Shown one piece after another: positions 49,371 through 58,200 of a stretch of 64,000 nucleotides of DNA. This DNA is from a virus. The notes beneath the pieces were generated by a model. The model searched no databases, was not told the origin of the DNA, and saw nothing but the letters and a program-made list of their open reading frames with translations. The stretch spans positions 3,839 through 67,838 of the IMG/VR virus record IMGVR_UViG_3300022822_000017, one strand, 5' to 3'. A program made the translations under genes and the position numbers. Numbering within the stretch: the first letter of the stretch is position 1; the number at the start of each line of letters is the position of its first letter.

Positions 49371-49735
49371 ATAAAAAGAACAAAGATTTTATAGAAGAAT
49401 TTGCAATAAGTGAGAAGAGACACAGGGAACTTATTCTCACTATCAAAGGCATAGTTAATGAAATGCCTAAGACTGAAATAGACCTTTCTTCTTTAGAGAC
49501 AGTAAAGGATTCTATTAACAAACTCATTAGTACTCAAAAGTTTGCAAACACTACTCCTGACAATAAAGTAGAACTATTGGACAGTATTAAGAATTTAAGT
49601 GCTAACTTTGTAGAAAGCATGGTTGAGTTAAGAGCTGCAGTTGAGCTATCTAACAGACCCAAAGAGTATGTTTTTCATGTTGAAAGAGACAATGAAGATA
49701 ATAAGATTACTAAAGTAATAGCTAAAACTAAATAA
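49361..49735 (+). CDS. hypothetical coiled-coil protein, first gene of the RNAP-interrupting cassette
   Basis: ATG 49361 overlaps the upstream gene end by 10 nt; ends KEYVFHVERDNEDNKITKVIAKTK. Confidence 0.65.
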   Translation: MAVDKKNKDFIEEFAISEKRHRELILTIKGIVNEMPKTEIDLSSLETVKDSINKLISTQKFANTTPDNKVELLDSIKNLSANFVESMVELRAAVELSNRPKEYVFHVERDNEDNKITKVIAKTK

Positions 49736-49902
49736 TGAAAGCATTTGCAATTGTACAAGATACACAGAACACTGGAGACCAGGACTTATCTGCATATCAA
49801 ACAATTGAAAATGCAGATTATAAACTATCACTAAAATCAGATACAGACCATGAACATGAAATAGGTAACATGAAATTGTTATTTGAAAACTCTTTATTAT
49901 AA
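49735..49902 (+). CDS. 55-aa fibre-associated protein, not in ORF track
   Basis: TAATG overlap; MKAFAIVQDTQNTGDQDLS...LLFENSLL shares NTGDQD with the 50597 ORF and a C-terminus like the 49946 ORF (AFESALL). Confidence 0.65.
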   Translation: MKAFAIVQDTQNTGDQDLSAYQTIENADYKLSLKSDTDHEHEIGNMKLLFENSLL

Positions 49903-49945
49903 ACACAATTACTATTAATATATACAACCATTAACAACAAACACA

Positions 49946-50593
49946 ATGAGCTTAATCCAAAGAATTTCAGACTTAACCATCAGGGTTGGTACTGAATTTA
50001 AAACAGTAAAAACGTTAATAGCAGGAACTGCATCTGGTAGTTTAACAGCATTAACAACAACAGTAAAGACAAGTATTCTTGCAGCAATCAACTCACTTAA
50101 AACTGAAGTAGATGGCAAGCAAGCAAATTTAGGTTACACACCTGAAGATGAAAACAACAAAGGTCAAGCAAATGGATATGCTCCATTAGATGCTAATGCC
50201 AAAGTACCTGCTGCACATTTACCTGCTTATGTAGATGATGTATTAGAATCAGCTGATTTTGCTAGTTTACCAGCTTCTGGTGAAACAAGTATTATCTATG
50301 TAACATTAGATGATAACATCACTTACAGATGGACAGGTTCAGGGTATGTAGAGATTTCTAAATCTTTAGCTTTAGGAGAAACTTCTTCTTCTGCATATAG
50401 AGGAGATAGAGGTAAGATTGCTTATGACCATTCACAGATTACAGATGCTAACCCACACCAAACTACATTTGAGCAATTATTAGCAAAACCTACAACAATT
50501 GCTGGGTTTGGAATTACAGATGCATTTACTAAAGATGAAATTGGAGATGTAACCACAAACTATGTGTCTGCATTTGAATCAGCTTTGCTATAA
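49946..50593 (+). CDS. fibre/whisker-like structural protein
   Basis: NKGQANGYAPLD, LPAYVDDVLE, LGETSSSAYRGDRGKIAYDHSQ, KPTTIAGFGITDA are common phage fibre modules. Confidence 0.75.
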   Translation: MSLIQRISDLTIRVGTEFKTVKTLIAGTASGSLTALTTTVKTSILAAINSLKTEVDGKQANLGYTPEDENNKGQANGYAPLDANAKVPAAHLPAYVDDVLESADFASLPASGETSIIYVTLDDNITYRWTGSGYVEISKSLALGETSSSAYRGDRGKIAYDHSQITDANPHQTTFEQLLAKPTTIAGFGITDAFTKDEIGDVTTNYVSAFESALL

Positions 50594-50596
50594 TAC

Positions 50597-50872
50597 ATGA
50601 GTCTAGTATCTAAAATATATGACTTAGCTGCAAGAATTGCACTAGAAATTAAATCACTTAGGGAGTCAAGGTTGAAAAATACCTCTGACACCCTAGATGG
50701 TGATTTAGATATTACAGGTTATGTTAAAGCAAATGGAACTGTTGAGGGATCTAATTTATCAGGTAACAACACAGGAGACCAAGACACTATATACCCAATG
50801 GTACATAGTGCAAATATGATGATGAAGCAACAAACTGAATTTATTAAATCTATAAACAACAATTGGATATGA
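50597..50872 (+). CDS. small fibre-associated protein, N-terminus paralogous to 49946 ORF
   Basis: MSLVSKIYDLAARIALEIK vs MSLIQRISDLTIRVGTEFK; GSNLSGNNTGDQD. Confidence 0.65.
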   Translation: MSLVSKIYDLAARIALEIKSLRESRLKNTSDTLDGDLDITGYVKANGTVEGSNLSGNNTGDQDTIYPMVHSANMMMKQQTEFIKSINNNWI

Positions 50873-51075
50873 CATCAGAAGAAATAGCTATTATGGCTTT
50901 GCAACAAACTAATTCTGAATTAGTAGCTGCTGTTAATACAACCAAAGCAAATATAGAATCATCAATAAATGATGCAGTTGTCTTAGCTGGAGATACAGTA
51001 GTAGCAGGGTTAATATCAGTTACTAGTAATTCCATAGCTTCTAAGACTATGTTTCTTAGATACTTAAATAAATAA
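50863..51075 (+). CDS. small coiled-coil protein
   Basis: 70-aa ORF (alternative ATG 50869). Confidence 0.55.
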   Translation: MDMTSEEIAIMALQQTNSELVAAVNTTKANIESSINDAVVLAGDTVVAGLISVTSNSIASKTMFLRYLNK

Positions 51076-51078
51076 ATT

Positions 51079-51690
51079 ATGCCAACAAATCAAGACATAG
51101 TAGACAACATAGTTGTTTTAGATGACTCAGTTCAAGAACTATTAATAGAAGCAGGAGTGACTAAAGATGCTGCTGATGCTTTAATAGCTGCTTTTCAAGC
51201 AACAAAAGACAGAGTAGATAATGAACTAAGTGAAGTAGATAATACTACAGATGCTAATAAGCCTTTGAGTTTGTCTATCATAGAAGCACTACTACTTAAA
51301 GTAAATATAAATACTGTAAGTACTGTAAATGGGGTTTCCTTATTAACAGGTGTACCTTTAGTTATAGAAAGGGGTGCAGTATCAAGAAGAACATTATCTT
51401 ATGAATTAAGAGGGACATTAAGAAGTCCTGCAGCACCATTACCAGTTGCTGATGATTCAGTAGTAATAGAATCTATAGGAGAATTTATCTATGTAGAAAG
51501 CACAGGAGAACCTGATGAAGATGAAACATGTTTTACATCAGTACACCCAGATACAGGAGTAGCTATAGGACAATGGTTATTAGAAATACCACATCCAGAC
51601 TACTTAAATGCAGCAGACTTATTTAAAGATGCTATCTTAGATGAATGGATGGAAGATGAAGAAATTAGAATAGCAGGTTACAACAACTAA
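51079..51690 (+). CDS. acidic fibre-associated protein
   Basis: LSEVDNTTDANKPLS fibre motif; EPDEDETCF. Confidence 0.6.
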   Translation: MPTNQDIVDNIVVLDDSVQELLIEAGVTKDAADALIAAFQATKDRVDNELSEVDNTTDANKPLSLSIIEALLLKVNINTVSTVNGVSLLTGVPLVIERGAVSRRTLSYELRGTLRSPAAPLPVADDSVVIESIGEFIYVESTGEPDEDETCFTSVHPDTGVAIGQWLLEIPHPDYLNAADLFKDAILDEWMEDEEIRIAGYNN

Positions 51691-51702
51691 AAAACAATTC
51701 AA

Positions 51703-53127
51703 ATGATAACATTAAAAGCACGTAGAACTCTGAATGCTATTGAGACAGGGACTTTAGATAGTTCAGGTTTAGAAGCTAGATTAGCAGACCCTGGACATTT
51801 AGCAGAATTTTACAGTCTGTTAGCAACTAAAAGCCAAACTAGAAGAATGGCTTCAAGTGAATTAACAATGGAAGCAATTGCTTTTAGTGAAAAAGCTCAC
51901 AAAGCTATTTTTCAATCTTCTACAAATTACAATACAACAGCTGCTCAAGCAGTTGCAGATAGTCCTGTAGCTATGGCTAAAATGGCTGTGTCATTAGATG
52001 CTTTAACAGTAGCTATTGAGAACCCAGTATCATGGGCATTATTTACAAACAGTCCTTACTATGAAGTAAACATTAAAACTATTGTAGCATTATTTGCTGG
52101 ATTAGATGCAAGTCTGTATGAGTCTATTCAAGAAATGATAGAAGACCCTGCAGCAACTTATGAAATTGCAGCAAATGATAATGCAATGACTGCACTTGTA
52201 AATAGTACAATAGCTATGACTAAGGCAGTAGACACAATTACAGCAATGGATGACATTGTAGCTGATACCTCAGCATTTACAATTTTAGCTAATCATGGTC
52301 CTAGTTTAAACTTAGTTGCACAAAGTGCAATAGCTATGTCTGCAACTACTGATGAAGCTAGAGCAATTGTAGTAGGTATTCCTTCTGGACTTAGAATCTT
52401 TGCTTCTTACCCAGTTCTTTGGAAATCTCTAATGGAGACTTCAGAAACTTTAGCCACTAATATGTATAGTTTAATTATTGTACTTACAGAAATAGACCCT
52501 ACTGTCTTTACAACAGTAGAACAAATATTTGGTAATGAAATATCAATGGACAAAGTTGCAAGTAACAGTCCTACTATGGTAGCAATAATGCATGAAGAAG
52601 GTACATTAAATGCAATGATTGCTAGTGCTCAATTAGATGTTGTATTAGCTAATCCTGTGTCAATGGGATTATTTGCAGCAGACACAACAATTATGAGTGA
52701 CCTTATTGGGTCATCAGCATTCACTGCTTTACTAGGAAGTCCTTTAGCTAAAGAAGCAATTTTTGCTTCTCCTTCTTTGATAACAACAATGACAGAAGCA
52801 GGTTCAGATTCTCTTGCAACACTAGAAGGGTTGTCTGTTAACTTAACAGGACCCACACCAGACACTAAGATTGGACAATTTCAAAGCTTAGGTCTTACAG
52901 GTAACATTATTTTGTTAACTGCTAGGATAGGTTCTATTACTGCTGCTAAAGTTGACAACTACTTTAAAGGAGATGGTCAATCAACTGCAACATTTGCTTG
53001 TCCAGGTACTCATGCAGCAAGTGAGTATCCAATAATCAATTTACCATTTACTAATATCCAATGGGATATTAACTCTATTGCAGCAACTGCAGCTGCTAAG
53101 ATTACAGTAACTTATGTTTCATTTTAA
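51703..53127 (+). CDS. Ala-rich alpha-solenoid-like repeat protein, paralog 1
   Basis: Short repeated amphipathic helices (~12-aa period); colinear with the next ORF. Confidence 0.7.
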   Translation: MITLKARRTLNAIETGTLDSSGLEARLADPGHLAEFYSLLATKSQTRRMASSELTMEAIAFSEKAHKAIFQSSTNYNTTAAQAVADSPVAMAKMAVSLDALTVAIENPVSWALFTNSPYYEVNIKTIVALFAGLDASLYESIQEMIEDPAATYEIAANDNAMTALVNSTIAMTKAVDTITAMDDIVADTSAFTILANHGPSLNLVAQSAIAMSATTDEARAIVVGIPSGLRIFASYPVLWKSLMETSETLATNMYSLIIVLTEIDPTVFTTVEQIFGNEISMDKVASNSPTMVAIMHEEGTLNAMIASAQLDVVLANPVSMGLFAADTTIMSDLIGSSAFTALLGSPLAKEAIFASPSLITTMTEAGSDSLATLEGLSVNLTGPTPDTKIGQFQSLGLTGNIILLTARIGSITAAKVDNYFKGDGQSTATFACPGTHAASEYPIINLPFTNIQWDINSIAATAAAKITVTYVSF

Positions 53128-53146
53128 CAACTAATAAGATAACATT

Positions 53147-54589
53147 ATGCCAACACTAAGAGCACTAAAAACATTAAATGAAGTAGAGTCAGGAGCATTG
53201 GATGGTGCAGGTCTTGAACTAAGACTAGTAAATCCAGGGCACTTGGCTGAGTTTTATAGTTTGTTATCTACTAGAAGTCAAACAAGAAGAGTAGCATCTA
53301 ACACATTAACTATGACAGCAATGTCAGTAAGTGAGTTAGCACACAGAGCTATTTTAGCATCTGCAAGACATGATAATACTTCTGCTGCAACTGCAGTATC
53401 AGGTAGTTTAGTAGCTATGAATAAAATATCTATATCATTAGATGCTTTAAACATAGCTATTGAAAACAGAGTTTCATGGGGGTTATTTATAACTAGTGCA
53501 CATTATGAAAACAACATTAAGAGTATTGTATGTTTGTTTGCAGGATTAGATCCTGATGACTATTTTAGTTTAACAGACATGATTGAAGACCCATCTGCAA
53601 CATATCAAATAGCTTTAAGTGACAAAGCAATGGAAGCTTTAGTAAACAGTACAACAGCAATGGCTATAGTTGTAGAAACAGAGACAGCTATGCAAGACAT
53701 AGTTGCCAAAGAATCTGCATTTACTATTCTTGCAAATAATGTTCATAGTGTTAATGAACTAGCAGGAAGTACAATAGGTATAACTGCTGTTACAGATGCA
53801 GCAAGAGCAATAATTGTTAGCATACCAGCAGCATTAAAAGACTTTGCATCACATAATTCTGTATGGGAAGATTGGATGTCAACATCAGAAACTTTGTCTG
53901 ATACTATCTATGATATTCTACTTATTTTAACAGAAGTGGATGGAGCTGAATTTGAAACTACAGAGCAAATATTTGCTAATCCTGTTCCAATGAATAAAAT
54001 TGCAAGTAGTACTTCTGCTATGATAGCAATATTAAATGAAGCAACTACTTTAGGTATTTTTATTAATAGTCCTGAAATAAGTATTGCACTTACTAACCCA
54101 ATATCAATGGGATTACTTGCAGGAGATACTTCAGTAATGGTTGGACTTGTTGAGAATGAAGCAACATTTCCTATCTTATTAAACAGTACTTTATCTAAGT
54201 CAGTTATGTTTGAGTCTAATGATATAGTAAATGCAATAGCAGGTAATGCCTTTGCAATAGCTACTTTAGAAGCTATAGCAGTGGAAGTATTAGCTCCTAC
54301 TTTACCAGATGGAGTAGTTGGAACTTATCAATCATTTGGATTCCCTGGTAAGATGCTTATGTTAGCAGCAAGAATGAACTCTATTGTAGCAACTACAACA
54401 GATGTTGCATTTAGAGGAGACCCAATGTTTGGCTCTGAAGCTGGAACAACTAATGCTTATGCAGGTAAGTCAGCATCTACTGATTATAGAAACCACATTG
54501 CAGCTTATACTGACATGGAATGGGACCCTAAAGTAATCACAGCTACTGCAGCAGCACAAGTATATGTAAGATATGTAGATTTTAACTAA
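53147..54589 (+). CDS. Ala-rich alpha-solenoid-like repeat protein, paralog 2
   Basis: Shares PGHLAEFYSLL, SQTRR, MIEDP, ATAAA with the 51703 ORF. Confidence 0.7.
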   Translation: MPTLRALKTLNEVESGALDGAGLELRLVNPGHLAEFYSLLSTRSQTRRVASNTLTMTAMSVSELAHRAILASARHDNTSAATAVSGSLVAMNKISISLDALNIAIENRVSWGLFITSAHYENNIKSIVCLFAGLDPDDYFSLTDMIEDPSATYQIALSDKAMEALVNSTTAMAIVVETETAMQDIVAKESAFTILANNVHSVNELAGSTIGITAVTDAARAIIVSIPAALKDFASHNSVWEDWMSTSETLSDTIYDILLILTEVDGAEFETTEQIFANPVPMNKIASSTSAMIAILNEATTLGIFINSPEISIALTNPISMGLLAGDTSVMVGLVENEATFPILLNSTLSKSVMFESNDIVNAIAGNAFAIATLEAIAVEVLAPTLPDGVVGTYQSFGFPGKMLMLAARMNSIVATTTDVAFRGDPMFGSEAGTTNAYAGKSASTDYRNHIAAYTDMEWDPKVITATAAAQVYVRYVDFN

Positions 54590-54597
54590 AACATCCT

Positions 54598-55002
54598 ATG
54601 GCACAAGAGCTAAATTATTATGGAAAGATAGCAGAGACAGGTTTAACTGTCATTGCTAAAATATATAACAGTCAAGGAGTGCAAGTGGGTGGAGACATTC
54701 CTTGCACTGAAGCTGGTACTCTTTCTATTTATATTGGAAGTATGCCTACTGCTCCTATTGGAGAATATGGTGTCAGGTTTTTCAATGGCTTAATTCTTTT
54801 AGGTCAGGGTCCAATCTATTGGAGTGGTACTGCTGAACTTAACTTTGATGCTTACAATAAAGTATCTGACACACATAAAATACAAGGATTAGACAGAGAC
54901 CATCCACTAACTGCTACAAGAGATTCTATGAAAGCTGGAGATGTTGACATTGACATAGCAGGAAATGGAGAAACCTTATCAATATTTACTAGAAAAGAAT
55001 GA
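54598..55002 (+). CDS. hypothetical structural-like protein
   Basis: 134-aa beta-rich ORF in cassette. Confidence 0.6.
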   Translation: MAQELNYYGKIAETGLTVIAKIYNSQGVQVGGDIPCTEAGTLSIYIGSMPTAPIGEYGVRFFNGLILLGQGPIYWSGTAELNFDAYNKVSDTHKIQGLDRDHPLTATRDSMKAGDVDIDIAGNGETLSIFTRKE

Positions 55003-55292
55003 GAAGTTCCTTAACTTTGGGCACTAGAGGTAAGTTGTCTAGTAGAGTAAAAAGAACCCTAGTAATAGCTTCTTTTGGTTTTATACAAGTTATAAATACT
55101 GCAGCAGTAGCAGAGAATGCACAAAGAGCACAGATAAATGATGCTAATTTTGTACATTACACTGTTGAAGCACCTGAAGTAAGAGACACTAAACAAGTCA
55201 GTGATTACAATGCAGAGGTAGATAAAAAGAATATCATTGATGATGATAAAGAAGTCCTTTTAATAATTAAAATGTTTACACAATGGCTATAA
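54999..55292 (+). CDS. hypothetical protein, last gene of cassette
   Basis: Ends DDDKEVLLIIKMFTQWL; overlaps the next ATG by 10 nt. Confidence 0.6.
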   Translation: MRSSLTLGTRGKLSSRVKRTLVIASFGFIQVINTAAVAENAQRAQINDANFVHYTVEAPEVRDTKQVSDYNAEVDKKNIIDDDKEVLLIIKMFTQWL

Positions 55293-58200
55293 AATGTCTT
55301 AAAACCACTAAGATTATTCCTTTAAAAGAAGCTTACCTTAAAGCTGTCAAAGATGACATGTCTGATAAAGAAGTAAGAGATTTAAGTACTAAACTTGTAG
55401 TAGATTATTTTAATACTCTTGACAAAGAAATGTCAGAGTTAAAGAAAGGACTAGGAAACACAAAAATACAACCTAAATCTGTTACTTATGAAGCAAAATC
55501 TTTAGAGGAACTTAATCCTTTAGTTGCTCAAGAAGTGGTTACAGAGAAAAGAACTGTAACAAGAAATAAAAAGAAACCAAGAATAAGTGCCATAGTTCCT
55601 GGTAATCAAGTAGTGTATTTAGGAGATTATTCAGGTGCAGAATTAAAAGGAAATGAAGTATTAGCTCCTTCTAAGGTTAAGTTGAATGGTACTTTAATTG
55701 ATTTGTTTGAATCAGATAAGTCTGGGTACAAATACATTATTGAAAATGCAGATGGTAGTTTTCAAATCAATGAAGATAAGATAGACCCAACACTTTTTGA
55801 AAACTTTGGTTTCAGAACTCCAACCTCTTCTCATGGTTCAGGTTCTTTTATCAAAATAGTAGGATTTATTCCTGCAATAATGGGTGACTTAATGATTACC
55901 CCTAAGAATTTTGTTACCCAAATGGGACAAGATTTTGATATTGATAAACTTACTGCTTATCAATACCACCATGCACTAAATAGTGAAGGTAAGATTGTAA
56001 AGTTAAATGAAAGTTTTAAAGAAAACTCTCTTGAAAGCTTAAAGAAAGATTTAGTAGAGCTAAGTAAACAAGGTTCAATAGCAGGTAACACTGGTATTGC
56101 AGTTGCCTTTTTAGACAAAGCAATTACAGAAGCTAAATATGGTCTTACTGAACAAGAATTAACTGACATTATACTTTCAGAAGATGCTGAGGTTGAAGCT
56201 AAAATCAAAAAAGCAAGTAATGCTTTTGATATGAAGATGGCTCAAAACAAGTTTATTGAAATACACAATATTGTTTACAATAATCAAAGTCCTGAAATCC
56301 AAAGAAGAATAAATAAAGTTCTTTCTATGGATGTGGCAACAAGTCAAGCTGAAGGAATTGAAGCAGCTACTACCTCTGGTAATTCAGCTATAAACATTCT
56401 TTCTCCTAACTACCAGATGAACAAGTTAATATCTGGTTCAACAGGTTCTACTGCTATTGGAATTTATGCCAAAGGAGTAACATTTAACTCTTTAGTACAA
56501 CAATCTAAAACCTCTTTAGGTCTTATAGCACTTAATGATAAAGGAGAAGATATAGCTAAAGAAATTAGAATAGGTAACATAACCTCTGATGGTACATTTG
56601 GTAGAAGTAAAACTATAAGTAGAAAAAATGCTAGTGAAGTAGAGTTGTTTTTAGCTAGGACTACTACTGAAGTAATGGATGAAAAAGTAAACACTGCAAC
56701 AGATAATGAGAAAGCACAAATTCTAGGTAGAGTTGGTATTACTCATATTGACTCTGTGGCAGTAGATAACCTTTTATCTTTACTAGGAGTGGATTTAGAA
56801 ATAAAAACTATATTAGAATCTGAATACAATGTGGAAAATAAGTTTCACAAAAAAGCAATTGTAGATGGTAAACCTGTGTTTTATGAGCAGTACTCAATAC
56901 CATATTTACTACATTCTCAGCCTATAATACAAGAGTATTTTGATAGATTAAAAAATGCAAAATCTATTGTAGGAGATTCTCAACCTAACATTGAAGATGT
57001 AATCTTTGAAGAATTAACTAGAGGACACAAGTTTACTGCAAAAAGTGCAGAAACTGCTCAATCAGATATGACAGGTAAAGCCTTAGTTGCTAACTTAGGT
57101 GCATCTGCAAACACTACTAGTCAAAAAGAAATACTTAATATTTACAGAAATTTAATAGCTGATGCTAAACAAGTAAAAGAGCTAAACCAGGTAGTTGATT
57201 TATCAAATGTTGGTAAATCTATGTGGGAATTGAAAGATAAGATTGAAACTTTTGAAGAGTTAAAAAATCCTGATGGCAAGTTTAATAAACTCTTTGACAA
57301 CCCTTTGTCTCTTATGGGAGAGATACAAGATGGAGAGTTTGTAGCTACAACTAATCAAGGTAAAATGGTTAGTACTGCTTTAGAGATGGGTAGAAAATTA
57401 TTCTATGACTTGTACCCTTATTATGACTCTTATATTGAAGAGAAAATACATAACATTGAAACAAGTGCTAATTACACAGGTTCTAAAACTGCACTACAAG
57501 AAGTAATTTTTCAAGAGATTAAAAAATATGTAACTTCTGACCCTAAAAATGGTGTGTTTACTGCATCTCCTACACTATCAAGAGAGAAAATCTTCTTTAA
57601 TAAAGATGGTAATCAATCTCTTAGTAGATACATGGGAGACCTTAGAAGTAAAAACTCTATCATTAAAGACAATGTATTATTAAATGCATTATCTCACACT
57701 GTAGGTATAAATGGTAAACCAGATATCATCAAATTTGATAACACTGAAGGAGCCAACATAACAGAAGAAGATTTCCATATAGCATTCAAAGAATTATTAG
57801 TTAGTGATGTAGCTCTTCCAGATAGAAATGGTCAACCATATTCTACTAGAAAAATGGCACAAGAATTAGTAGCTTATTCACACTTATCAGGTGGAATTAT
57901 AAGTGAAGTTATTGAATTTCACAAGTACATACCTCTTGAGTACTATGAAGACTTAGTTGCTATAAACACTACAAGTACAGGTAAAAAGCAAAAGACCAAG
58001 AGTATCAGAATGATGCAAAGGTATGACACTAAGATAAACAAATGGGGAGACTCAGATTTGTTAAGAAATTTTGAGACACAGTTCTTTCAAAACAATCCTA
58101 ATTATGCACCTATACTAACTAAAAAACAAAAGGAACAAAATGCTACTATTGATGGAGATAGAATGCATCTTACTATAGAAGAAGGAGCAACTCACAAAAA

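Noticed and set aside
49361-55292. Group I/II intron, intein or transposon interrupting the RNAP
   Set aside because: The region is fully occupied by same-strand structural-like ORFs; no endonuclease, maturase, transposase or intein terminal motifs; removal at the ATGGC repeats does not restore one frame.
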